Assembly: GCF_009914755.1 (NCBI RefSeq)
Contig: NC_060948.1
DNA length: 64,000 nucleotides
Source: the human T2T-CHM13v2.0 reference genome, Homo sapiens
Reading direction: 5' to 3' (one strand)
The notes beneath the pieces are model-generated. The model worked only from the letters and a program-made list of their open reading frames with translations, searched no databases and was not told where the DNA came from. Made by a program: the position numbers and the translations under genes. This document shows, in pieces, positions 42,651 to 56,841 of the stretch (position 1 is the first letter of the stretch; every line of letters starts with the position of its first letter).

Positions 42651-45600
42651 AGTGAATAGAATCGAACTAAATCGAATGGAATGGAATTGATAGGAACGGA
42701 ATGGAAAGGAATGCAATGATTTGGCATGGAATGGAATCGAATGGCATCGAATGGAATGGAATGGAATGCAATGGAATGGAATGTATTAGAATGTAATGAA
42801 CTTTAATGGAATGTACTCGAATGGATTCGACTGGAATGGAATGTTCTGGAAGTGAATGGACTCCAATGGAATGGATTCAAAAGGAATGGAATCGTACGGA
42901 ATGGAATCTAATGGAATGGAATTAAATGGAAATGAATCAAATTGAATAGCAAGGAATTGAATTGAATGGAATCGAATGCAATGGAATCTAATGAAACGGA
43001 AAGGAAAGGAATGGAATGGAATGGAATGGGCTGGAATGGAAAGGAATCGAAACGAATGGAATGGAATCGAAGTGAAGAGACTGCAATGGAATGCACTGGA
43101 ATGGAAGGGAGTGTAATGGAAGGTTCTCGAAAAAAATGGAATCGAATGGAATGGAATTGAATGGAACGGAATAGAGTCGAATGGAATTGAATGGAATGGA
43201 ATGGACTAGAGTGAAGTGGAATCGAACCACAAGGAATGGACAGGAATAGAATGGTCTCGAATTGAATGGAATCGTATGGAATGGCATCAAACGGAATGGA
43301 ATGGACAGCCACGGAATGGAATGCACTCGAATGCAATGGAGTCGAAACTAACGGACTGGAATAGAATGGACTCGACTGGTACGGACTCCAATGGAATGGA
43401 ATCGAATGGAAGGGAATCGAACGGAAGGGAATCGAACGGAATGGACTCGAAGGGAAAAGACTGCAATGGAAACGTCTCGAATGGAATGGAAATTAATGGA
43501 ATGGAATGGAGTCGAATGAAATGGAGTCAAAAGGAATGGAATCGAATGGCAAGAAATCGAATGTAATGGAATCGCAAGGAATTGATGTGAACGGAACGGA
43601 ATGGAATGGAATCCAAAGGAATGGAATAGAATGGAATGGAATCGAATGGAAAGGACTCGAATGGAAATCACTCGAATAGAATGCAATTTAATAAAATAGG
43701 ATCAAATGTAATGGAATGGAATGGAAAGGAATCGAAACGAAAGGAATGGAGACAGATGGAATGGAATGGAACAGAGAGCAATGGTATAGAATGGAATGGA
43801 ATCATCTGGAATGGAATTGAATGGAATGGAATGATATGAAATGGAATGGAATGGAATGGAATGGAATGCCCTTGAATTAAATGGACTGGACTCGAACAGA
43901 GTGGAATGGAAAGTGTTGAGATAGAATGGAATGGACTCCTTTGGAATGGTCTAGTATGCAATGCAATCGACTGGCAGGGAATCAAAAGGAATGTAATCGA
44001 ATGGATTGGACTGGAATGCAATGGAATCGAATAGATTGGAAACGGAATGCAAAGGAATGGAATGGAATAGTATGGAATGCAATGGAAGGGAATGGAGTGG
44101 AATAGACTAGAGTGGAATGGAATGGACTGGAAAGCAATGGACTGGAATGGAACTTTCTTGGATGGACTGGAATCAAACGGAATGGAATGCAATGCAATCA
44201 AATGGCATGGAATAAAATAGAATGAAAGAGAATCAAATGGAATTGAATCGAATGGAATCGAATGGATTGGAAAGGAATAGAATGGAATGGAATGGAATTG
44301 ACTCAAATGGAATGGACTAGAATGGAATGGATTCGAATGGAAGGCAAAGGAATGGAATCTATTGGAATGGACTGTAATGGAATGGAATGGAAGGGATTGG
44401 AATGGACTCGAATGGAATGGACTGCAATAGAAAGGATTCGAATGGAATGAAAAAGAATTGAATGGAATAGAACAGAATGGAATCAAATCGAATGAAATGG
44501 AATGGAATAGAAAGGAATGGAATGAAATGGAATGGAAAGGATTCGAATGGAATGCAATCGAATGGAATGGAATCGAACGGAATGGAATAAAATGGAAGAA
44601 AACTGGCAAGAAATGGAATCGAAATGAATGGAGTGTTATGGAACGGACTCAAAAGGAATTGAATGTAATAGAATGGAGTGGAGTGGACTCGAATATAATG
44701 GACTGGAATGGAATGAAATCACATGGAATGGGAACGAATGGAATGGAATGGAAAGGAATGGAATCGAATGGAAAGGAATCGAATGGAAGGGAATGAAATT
44801 GAATCAACAGGAATGGAAGGGAATAGAATAGACGGTAATGGAACGGACTCGAATAGAATGGACACGAAAGCTCAAATTGAATGGACTCGAATGGAATGGA
44901 AACGAAAGGAATGTCATCGAATGGAATTGAATCGATTGGAATGAAATCGCATAGAATGGAGTGGAATCAAATGGAATTGAATCGAAAGGAAAGGAAGCGA
45001 ATGGACTGAAATGAAATGGAATGGAATTGAATGGAAAGTAATGCAATGGAATAGAATGGAACGAAATTTCACGGAATGGAATCAAACTGAATGGAATCAA
45101 ATCAATGGAATCAAATCAAATGGAATGGAAAGGAATTGAATGGAGTAGATGGGATTGGATGGGATTGGAATGAAATGTACTGGAAAGGACTCGAATTTCA
45201 TGAAACGGAATGGAATGAATTGGAAAGGAATGGACTCGAATGGAATGGAATGTCATGGGATGGCATCAAATGGAATGGCATCAAATGGAATGGAATCGAA
45301 TGCAATGGAATGCTATGGAATGGAATGGAATGCATTGGAATGGAATGTCCTCTAATGGAATGGATTCGAGTGGAATGGAATTGAATATAATGGAGTCGAA
45401 TGAAATGGAATTGAAAGGAATGGGATCGAATACAATGGAATATACTGGAATGTAACGTAATGAACTCGAATGTAATTGACTGGAATGGAATGTACATGAA
45501 TGGAATGTAATCGAATGGAAAGTAATCCAATGGAATAGAATCTAATGCAATAAAATCGAATCAGATAGAGTAGAATGTAATGGAATGGAGTGCAGTGCAA

Positions 45601-46219
45601 TGGAATGGAATGGAATGGAATGCAATGGAATGGAATGGAATGGAATGGAATGGAATGGAATGGAATGGGATGGAATGGTATGGAATGTATAGTAATGGAC
45701 TGGAGTGAAATGGACTGGAAAGGAATGGACTCAAATTGAAAGGGCTCGAAAGGAATGGAGTCAAATGGAATGGTCTGGAATGGAATGAACACGAATGTAA
45801 TGCAACCCAATAGAATGGAATCGAATGGCATGGAATATAAAGAAATGGAATCGAAGAGAATGGAAACAAATGGAATGGAATTGAATGGAATGGAATTGAA
45901 TGGAATGGGAACGAATGGAGTGAAATTGTATGCAGTAGAAGAGAATAGAATGGAATGCAAGCGAAAGGAAAGGAATGGATTGGAATGGAATGGAATTCAT
46001 TGGAATGGAAGGGAATGTAGTGTAATGGACAGGCCTGGAATAAAGTGGAATGCTACGGTCTCGAATGGAATAAAAATGTATGGAATGGAATGCAATGAAA
46101 CGGAATCGAATGTCATAGAATGTAATGGAATGCAAAAAAATGGAATCCAAAATCATTGACTGGAAAGGCTGGGTGTCGAAAGGAATTGACTCCAATGGAA
46201 TGGAATCGAATGGAATGGA
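42651..46219 (+). repeat. DYZ1 unit U13 (3569 bp)
   Basis: HaeIII at 46032; 10-bp deletion at about 43890. Confidence 0.93.
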
Positions 46220-49200
46220 AGTGAATAGAATCGAACTAAATCGAATGGAATGGAATTGATAGGAACGGAATGGAAAGGAATGCAATGATTTGGCATGGAA
46301 TGGAATCGAATGGCATCGAATGGAATGGAATGGAATGCAATGGAATGGAATGTATTAGAATGTAATGAACTTTAATGGAATGTACTCGAATGGATTCGAC
46401 TGGAATGGAATGTTCTGGAAGTGAACGGACTCCAATGGAATGGATTCAAAAGGAATGGAATCGTACGGAATGGAATCTAATGGAATGGAATTAAATGGAA
46501 ATGAATCAAATTGAATAGCACGGAATTGAATTGAATGGAATGGAATGCAATGGAATCTAATGAAACGGAAAGGAAAGGAATGGAATGGAATGGAATGGGC
46601 TGGAATGGAAAGGAATCGAAACGAATGGAATGGAATCGAACTGAAGAGACTGGAATGGAATGCACTGGAATGGAAGGGAGTGTAATGGAAGGTTCTCGAA
46701 AAAAATGGAATCGAATGGAATGGAATTGAATGGAACGGAATAGAGTCGAATGGAATTGAATGGAATGGAATGGACTAGAGTGAAATGGAATCGAACCACA
46801 AGGAATGGACAGGAATAGAATGGTCTCGAATTGAATGGAATCGTATGGAATGGCATCAAACGGAATGGAATGGACAGCCACGGAATGGAATGCACTCGAA
46901 TGCAATGGAGTCGAAACTAACGGACTGGAATAGAATGGACTCGACTGGTAGGGACTCCAATGGAATGGAATCGAATGGAAGGGAATCGAACGGAAGGGAA
47001 TCGAACGGAATGGACTCGAAGGGAAAAGACTGCAATGGAAAGGTCTCGAATGGAATGGAAATTAATGGAATGGAATGGAATCGAATGAAATGGAGTCAAA
47101 AGGAATGGAATCGAATGGCAAGAAATCGAATGTAATGGAATCGCAAGGAATTGATGTGAACGGAACGGAATGGAATGGAATCCAAAGGAATGGAATAGAA
47201 TGGAATGGAATCGAATGGAAAGGACTCGAATGGAAATCACTCGAATAGAATGCAATTTAATAAAATAGGATCAAATGTAATGGAATGGAATGGAAAGGAA
47301 TCGAAACGAAAGGAATGGAGACAGATGGAATGGAATGGAACAGAGAGCAATGGTATAGAATGGAATGGAATCATCTGGAATGGAATTGAATGGAATGGAA
47401 TAACATGAAATGGAATGGAATGCCCTTGAATTAAATGGACTGGAATGGAATGGACTCGAACAGAGTGGAATGGAAAGTGTTGAAATAGAATGGAATGGAC
47501 TCCTTTGGAATGGTGTAGTATGCAATGCAATCGACTGGCAGGGAATCAAAAGGAATGTAATCGAATGGATTGGACTGGAATGCAATGGACTCGAATAGAT
47601 TGGAAACGGAATGCAAAGGAATGGAATGGAATAGTATGGAATGGAATGGAAAGGAATGGAGTGGAATAGACTAGAGTGGAATGGAATGGACTCAAAAGCA
47701 ATGGACTGGAATGGAACTTTCTTGAATGGACTGGAATCAAACGGAATGGAATGCAATGCAATCAAATGGCATGGAATAAAATAGAATGAAAGAGAATCAA
47801 ACGGAATTGAATCGAATGGAATCGAATGGATTGGAAAGGAATAGAATGGAATGGAATGGAATTGACTCAAATGGAATGGACTAGAATGGAATGGATTCGA
47901 ATGGAAGGCAAAGGAATGGAATCTATTGGAATGGACTGTAATGGAATGGAATGGAAGGGATTGGAATGGACTCGAATGGAATGGACTGCAATAGAAAGGA
48001 TTCGAATGGAATGTAAAAGAATTGAATGGAATAGAACAGAATGGAATCAAATCGAATGAAATGGAATGGAATAGAAAGGAATGGAATGAAATGGAATGGA
48101 AAGGATTCGAATGGAATGCAATCGAATGGAATGGAATCGAACGGAATGGAATAAAATGGAAGAAAACTGGCAAGAAATGGAATCGAAATGAATGGAGTGT
48201 TATGGAACGGACTCAAAAGGAATTGAATGTAATAGAATGGAGTGGAGTGGACTCGAATATAATGGACTGGAATGGAATGAAATCACATGGAATGGGAACG
48301 AATGGAATGGAATGGAAAGGAATGGAATCAAATGGAAAGGAATCGAATGGAAGGGAATGAAATTGAATCAACAGGAATGGAAGGGAGTAGAATAGACGGT
48401 AATGGAATGGACTCGAATAGAATGCACACGAATGCTCAAATTGAATGGACTCGAATGGAATGGAAACGAAAGGAATGTCATCGAATGGAATTGAATCGAT
48501 TGGAATGAAATCGCATAGAATGGAGTGGAATCAAATGGAATTGAATCGAAAGGAAAGGAAGCGAATGGACTGAAATGAAATGGAATGGAATTGAATGGAA
48601 AGTAATGCAATGGAATAGAATGGAACGAAATTTCACGGAATGGAATCAAACTGAATGGAATCAAATCAATGGAATCTAATCAAATGGAATGGAAAGGAAT
48701 TGAATGGAGTAGATTGGATTGGATGGGATTGGAATGAAACTTACTGGAAAGGACTCGAATTTCATGAAACGGAATGGAATGAATTGGAACGGAATGGACT
48801 CGAATGGAATGGAATGTCATGGAATGGCATCAAACGGAATGCCATCAAATGGGATGGAATCGAATGCAATGGAATGCTATGGAATGGAATGGAATGCATT
48901 GGAATGGAATGTCCTCTAACGGAATGGATTCGGGTGGAATGGAATCGAATATAATGGAGTCGAATGAAATGGAATTGAAAGGAATGGGATCGAATACAAT
49001 GGAATATACTGGAATGTAACATAATGAACTCGAATGTAATTGACTGGAATGGAATGTACATGAATGGAATGTAATCGAATGGAAAGTAGTCCAATGGAAT
49101 AGAATCTAATGCAATAAAATCGACTCAGATAGAGTAGAATGTAATGGAATGGAGTGCAGTGCAATGGAATGGAATGGAATGGAATGCAATGGAATGGAAT

Positions 49201-49783
49201 GCAATGGAATGGAATGGAATGGAATGGAATGGGATGGAATGGTATGGAATGGATAGTAATGGACTGGAGTGAAATGGACTGGAAAGGAATGGACTCAAAT
49301 TGAAAGGTCTCGAAAGGAATGGAGTCAAATGGAATGGTCTGGAATGGAATGAACACGAATGTAATGCAATCCAATAGAATGGAATCGAATGGCATGGAAT
49401 ATAAAGAAATGGAATCGAAGAGAATGGAAACAAATGGAATGAAATTGAATGGAATGGAATTGAATGGAATGTGAACGAATGGAGTGAAATTGTATGCAGT
49501 AGAAGAGAATAGAATGGAATGCAAGCGAAAGGAAAGGAATGGATTGGAATGGAATGGAATTCATTGGAATGGAAGGGAATGTAGTGTAATGGACAGGCCT
49601 GGAATAAAGTGGAATGCTACGGTCTCGAATGGAATAAAAATGTATGGAATGGAATGCAATGAAACGGAATCGAATGTCATAGAATGTAATGGAATGCAAA
49701 AAAATGGAATCCAAAATCATTGAATGGAAAGGCTGGGTGTCGAAAGGAATTGACTCCAATGGAATGGAATCGAATGGAATGGA
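46220..49783 (+). repeat. DYZ1 unit U14 (3564 bp), haplotype outlier
   Basis: HaeIII at 49596; U2-like variants at 47404-48387. Confidence 0.93.
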
Positions 49784-52700
49784 AGTGAATAGAATCGAAC
49801 TAAATCGAATGGAATGGAATTGATAGGAACGGAATGGAAACGATTGCAATGATTTGGCATGGAATGGAATCGAATGGCATCGAATGGAATGGAATGGAAT
49901 GCAATGGAATGGAGTGTATTAGAATGTAATGAACTTTAATGGAATGTACTCGAATGGATTCGACTGGAATGGAATGTTCTGGAAGTGAATGGACTCCAAT
50001 GGAATGGATTCAAAAGGAATGGAATCGTACGGAATGGAATCTAATGGAATGGAATTAAATGGAAATGAATCAAATTGAATAGCACGGAATTGAATTGAAT
50101 GGAATGGAATGCAATGGAATCTAATGAAACGGAAAGGAAAGGAATGGAATGGAATGGAATGGGCTGGAATGGAAAGGAATCGAAACGAATGGAATGGAAT
50201 CGAACTGAAGAGACTGGAATGGAATGCACTGGAATGGAAGGGAGTGTAATGGAAGGTTCTCGAAAAAAATGGAATCGAATGGAATGGAATTGAATGGAAC
50301 GGAATAGAGTCGAATGGAATTGAATGGAATGGAATGGACTAGAGTGAAATGGAATCGAACCACAAGGAATGGACAGGAATAGAATGGTCTCGAATTGAAT
50401 GGAATCGTATGGAATGGCATCAAACGGAATGGAATGGACAGCCACGGAATGGAATGCACTCGAATGCAATGGAGTCGAAACTAATGGACTGGAATAGAAT
50501 GGACTCGACTGGTACGGACTCCAATGGAATGGAATCGAATGGAAGGGAATCGAACGGAATGGACTCGAAGGGAAAAGACTGCAATGGAAAGGTCTCGAAT
50601 GGAATGGAAATTAATGGAATGGAATGGAATCGAATGAAATGGAGTCAAAAGGAATGGAATCGAATGGCAACAAATCGAATGTAATGGAATCGCAAGGAAT
50701 TGATGTGAACGGAACGGAATGGAATGGAATCCAAAGGAATGGAATAGAATGGAATGGAATCGAATGGAAAGGACTCGAATGGAAATCACTCGAATAGAAT
50801 GCAATTTAATAAAATAGGATCAAATGTAATAGAATGGAATGGAAAGGAATCGAAACGGAAGGAATGGAGACAGATGGAATGGAATGGAACAGAGAGCAAT
50901 GGTATAGAATGGAATGGAATCATCTGGAATGGAATTGAATGGAATGGAATGATATGAAATGGAATGGAATGGAATGGAATGGAATGCCCTTGAATTAAAT
51001 GGACTGGACTCGAACAGAGTGGAATGGAAAGTGTTGAGATAGAATGGAATGGACTCCTTTGGAATGGTCTAGTATGCAATGCAATCGACTGGCAGGGAAT
51101 CAAAAGGAATGTAATCGAATGGATTGGACTGGAATGCAATGGAATCGAATAGATTGGAAACGGAATGCAAAGGAATGGAATGGAATAGTATGGAATGCAA
51201 TGGAAGGGAATGGAGTGGAATAGACTAGAGTGGAATGGAATGGACTGGAAAGCAATGGACTGGAATGGAACTTTCTTGGATGGACTGGAATCAAACGGAA
51301 TGGAATGCAATGCAATCAAATGGCATGGAATAAAATAGAATGAAAGAGAATCAAATGGAATTGAATCGAATGGAATCGAATGGATTGGAAAGGAATAGAA
51401 TGGAATGGAATGGAATTGACTCAAATGGAATGGACTAGAATGGAATGGATTCGAATGGAAGGCAAAGGAATGGAATCTATTGGAATGGACTGTAATGGAA
51501 TGGAATGGAAGGGATTGGAATGGACTCGAATGGAATGGACTGCAATAGAAAGGATTCGAATGGAATGAAAAAGAATTGAATGGAATAGAACAGAATGGAA
51601 TCAAATCGAATGAAATGGAATGGAATAGAAAGGAATGGAATGAAATGGAATGGAAAGGATTCGAATGGAATGCAATCGAATGGAATGGAATCGAACGGAA
51701 TGGAATAAAATGGAAGAAAACTGGCAAGAAATGGAATCGAAATGAATGGAGTGTTATGGAACGGACTCAAAAGGAATTGAATGTAATAGAATGGAGTGGA
51801 GTGGACTCGAATATAATGGACTGGAATGGAATGAAATCACATGGAATGGGAACGAATGGAATGGAATGGAAAGGAATGGAATCGAATGGAAAGGAATCGA
51901 ATGGAAGGGAATGAAATTGAATCAACAGGAATGGAAGGGAATAGAATAGACGGTAATGGAACGGACTCGAATAGAATGGACACGAAAGCTCAAATTGAAT
52001 GGACTCGAATGGAATGGAAACGAAAGGAATGTCATCGAATGGAATTGAATCGATTGGAATGAAATCGCATAGAATGGAGTGGAATCAAATGGAATTGAAT
52101 CGAAAGGAAAGGAAGCGAATGGACTGAAATGAAATGGAATGGAATTGAATGGAAAGTAATGCAATGGAATAGAATGGAACGAAATTTCACGGAATGGAAT
52201 CAAACTGAATGGAATCAAATCAATGGAATCAAATCAAATGGAATGGAAAGGAATTGAATGGAGTAGATGGGATTGGATGGGATTGGAATGAAATGTACTG
52301 GAAAGGACTCGAATTTCATGAAACGGAATGGAATGAATTGGAACGGAATGGACTCGAATGGAATGGAATGTCATGGGATGGCATCAAATGGAATGGAATC
52401 GAATGCAATGGAATGCTATGGAATGGAATGGAATGCATTGGAATGGAATGTCCTCTAATGGAATGGATTCGAGTGGAATGGAATTGAATATAATGGAGTC
52501 GAATGAAATGGAATTGAAAGGAATGGGATCGAATACAATGGAATATACTGGAATGTAACGTAATGAACTCGAATGTAATTGACTGGAATGGAATGTACAT
52601 GAATGGAATGTAATCGAATGGAAAGTAATCCAATGGAATAGAATCTAATGCAATAAAATCGACTCAGATAGAGTAGAATGTAATGGAATGGAGTGCAGTG

Positions 52701-53307
52701 CAATGGAATGGAATGGAATGGAATGCAATGGAATGGAATGGAATGGAATGGAATGGGATGGAATGGTATGGAATGGATAGTAATGGACTGGAGTGAAATG
52801 GACTGGAAAGGAATGGACTCAAATTGAAAGGGCTCGAAAGGAATGGAGACAAATGGAATGGTCTGGAATGGAATGAACACGAATGTAATGCAATCCAATA
52901 GAATGGAGTCGAATGGCATGGAATATAAAGAAATGGAATCGAAGAGAATGGAAACAAATGGAATGGAATTGAATGGAATGGAATTGAATGGAATGGGAAC
53001 GAATGGAGTGAAATTGTATGCAGTAGAAGAGAATAGAATGGAATGCAAGCGAAAGGAAAGGAATGGATTGGAATGGAATGGAATTCATTGGAATGGAAGG
53101 GAATGTAGTGTAATGGACAGGCCTGGAATAAAGTGGAATGCTACGGTCTCGAATGGAATAAAAATGTATGGAATGGAATGCAATGAAACGGAATCGAATG
53201 TCATAGAATGTAATGGAATGCAAAAAAATGGAATCCAAAATCATTGACTGGAAAGGCTGGGTGTCGAAAGGAATTGACTCCAATGGAATGGAATCGAATG
53301 GAATGGA
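49784..53307 (+). repeat. DYZ1 unit U15 (3524 bp)
   Basis: HaeIII at 53120; 10-bp deletion at about 51008 and 15-bp deletion at about 52385. Confidence 0.93.
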
Positions 53308-56300
53308 AGTGAATAGAATCGAACTAAATCGAATGGAATGGAATTGATAGGAACGGAATGGAAAGGAATGCAATGATTTGGCATGGAATGGAATCGAATG
53401 GCATCGAATGGAATGGAATGGAATGCAATGGAATGGAATGTATTAGAATGTAATGAACTTTAATGGAATGTACTCGAATGGATTCGACTGGAATGGAATG
53501 TTCTGGAAGTGAATGGACTCCAATGGAATGGATTCAAAAGGAATGGAATCGTACGGAATGGAATCTAATGGAATGGAATTAAATGGAAATGAATCAAATT
53601 GAATAGCACGGAATTGAATTGAATGGAATGGAATGCAATGGAATCTAATGAAACGGAAAGGAAAGGAATGGAATGGAATGGAATGGGCTGGAATGGAAAG
53701 GAATCGAAACGAATGGAATGGAATCGAACTGAAGAGACTGGAATGGAATGCACTGGAATGGAAGGGAGTGTAATGGAAGGTTCTCGAAAAAAATGGAATC
53801 GAATGGAATGGAATTGAATGGAACGGAATAGAGTCGAATGGAATTGAATGGAATGGAATGGACTAGAGTGAAATGGAATCGAACCACAAGGAATGGACAG
53901 GAATAGAATGGTCTCGAATTGAATGGAATCGTATGGAATGGCATCAAACGGAATGGAATGGACAGCCACGAAATGGAATGCACTCGAATGCAATGGAGTC
54001 GAAACTAATGGACTGGAATAGAATGGACTCGACTGGTACGGACTCCAATGGAATGGAATCGAATGGAAGGGAATCGAACGGAATGGACTCGAAGGGAAAA
54101 GACTGCAATGGAAAGGTCTCGAATGGAATGGAAATTAATGGAATGGAATGGAATCGAATGAAATGGAGTCAAAAGGAATGGAATCGAATGGCAAGAAATC
54201 GAATGTAATGGAATCGCCAGGAATTGATGTGAACGGAACGGAATGGAATGGAATCCAAAGGAATGGAATAGAATGGAATGGAATCGAATGGAAAGGACTC
54301 GAATGGAAATCACTCGAATAGAATGCAATTTAATAAAATAGGATCAAATGTAATGGAATGGAATGGAAAGGAATCGAAACGAAAGGAATGGAGACAGATG
54401 GAATGGAATGGAACAGAGAGCAATGGTATAGAATGGAATGGAATCATCTGGAATGGAATTGAATGGAATGGAATAATATGAAATGGAATGGAATGGAATG
54501 GAATGGAATGCCCTTGAATTAAATGGACTGGACTCGAACAGAGTGGAATGGAAAGTGTTGAGATAGATTGGAATGGACTCCTTTGGAATGGTCTAGTAGG
54601 CAATGCAATCGACTGGCAGGGAATCAAAAGGAATGTAATCGAATGGATTGGACTGGAATGCAATGGACTCGAATAGATTGGAAACGGAATGCAAAGGAAT
54701 GGAATGGAATAGTATGGAATGGAATGGAAAGGAATGGAGTGGAATAGACTAGAGTGGAATGGAATGGACTGGAAAGCAATGGACTGGAATGGAACATTCT
54801 TGAATGGACTGGAATCAAACGGAATGGAATGCAATGCAATCAAATGGCATGGAATAAAATAGAATGAAAGAGAATCAAATGGAATTGAATCGAATGGAAT
54901 CGAATGGATTGGAAAGGAATAGAATGGAATGGAATGGAATTGACTCAAATGGAATGGACTAGAATGGAATGGATTCGAATGGAAGGCAAAGGAATGGAAT
55001 CTATTGGAATGGACTGTAATGGAATGGAATGGAAAGGATTGGAATGGACTCGAATGGAATGGACTGCAATAGAAAGGATTCGAATGGAATGAAAAAGAAT
55101 TGAATGGAATAGAACAGAATGGAATCAAATCGAATGAAATGGAATGGAATAGAAAGGAATGGAATGAAATGGAATGGAAAGGATTCGAATGGAATGTAAT
55201 CGAATGGAATGGAATCGAACGGAATGGAATAAAATGGAAGAAAACTGGCAAGAAATGGAATCGAAATGAATGGAGTGTTATGGAACGGACTCAAAAGGAA
55301 TTGAATGTAATAGAATGGAGTGGAGTGGACTCGAATATAATGGACTGGAATGGAATGAAATCACATGGAATGGGAACGAATGGAATGGAATGGAAAGGAA
55401 TGGAATCGAATGGAAAGGAATCGAATGGAAGGGAATGAAACTGAATCAACAGGAATGGAAGGGAATAGAATAGACGGTAATGGAATGGACTCGAATAGAA
55501 TGGACACGAATGCTCAAATTGAATGGACTGGAATGGAATGGAAACGAAAGGAATGTCATCGAATGGAATTGAATCGATTGGAATGAAATCGCATAGAATG
55601 GAGTGGAATCAAATGGAATTGAATCGAAAGGAAAGGAAGCGAATGGACTGAAATGAAATGGAATGGAATTGAATGGAAAGTAATGCAATGGAATAGAATG
55701 GAACGAAATTTCACGGAATGGAATCAAACTGAATGGAATCAAATCAATGGAATCAAATCAAATGGAATGGAAAGGAATTGAATGGAGTAGATGGGATTGG
55801 ATGGGATTGGAATGAAATGTACTGGAAAGGACTCGAATTTCATGAAACGGAATGGAATGAATTGGAACGGAATGGACTCGAATGGAATGGAATGTCATGG
55901 GATGGCATCAAATGGAATGGCATCAAATGGAATGGAATCGAATGCAATGGAATGCTATGGAATGGAATGGAATGCATTGGAATGGAATGTCCTCTAATGG
56001 AATGGATTCGAGTGGAATGGAATCGAATATAATGGAGTCGAATGAAATGGAATTGAAAGGAATGGGATCGAATACAATGGAATATACTGGAATGTAACGT
56101 AATGAACTCGAATGTAATTGACTGGAATGGAATGTACATGAATGGAATGTAATCGAATGGAAAGTAATCCAATGGAATAGAATCTAATGCAATAAAATCG
56201 ACTCAGATAGAGTAGAATGTAATGGAATGGAGTGCAGTGCAATGGAATGGAATGGAATGGAATGCAATGGAATGGAATGGAATGGAATGGAATGGAATGG

Positions 56301-56841
56301 AATGGGATGGAATGGTATGGAAAGGATAGTAATGGACTGGAGTGAAATGGACTGGAAAGGAATGGACTCAAATTGAAAGGGCTCGAAAGGAATGGAGTCA
56401 AATGGAATGGTCTGGAATGGAATGAACACGAATGTAATGCAACCCAATAGAATGGAATCGAATGGCATGGAATATAAAGAAATGGAATCGAAGAGAATGG
56501 AAACAAATGGAATGGAATTGAATGGAATGGGAACGAATGGAGTGAAATTGTATGCAGTAGAAGAGAATAGAATGGAATGCAAGCGAAAGGAAAGGAATGG
56601 ATTGGAATGGAATGGAATTCATTGGAATGGAAGGGAATGTAGTGTAATGGACAGGCCTGGAATAAAGTGGAATGCTACGGTCTCGAATGGAATAAAAATG
56701 TATGGAATGGAATGCAATGAAACGGAATCGAATGTCATAGAATGTAATGGAATGCAAAAAAATGGAATCCAAAATCATTGACTGGAAAGGCTGGGTGTCG
56801 AAAGGAATTGACTCCAATGGAATGGAATCGAATGGAATGGA
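53308..56841 (+). repeat. DYZ1 unit U16 (3534 bp)
   Basis: HaeIII at 56654. Confidence 0.93.
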
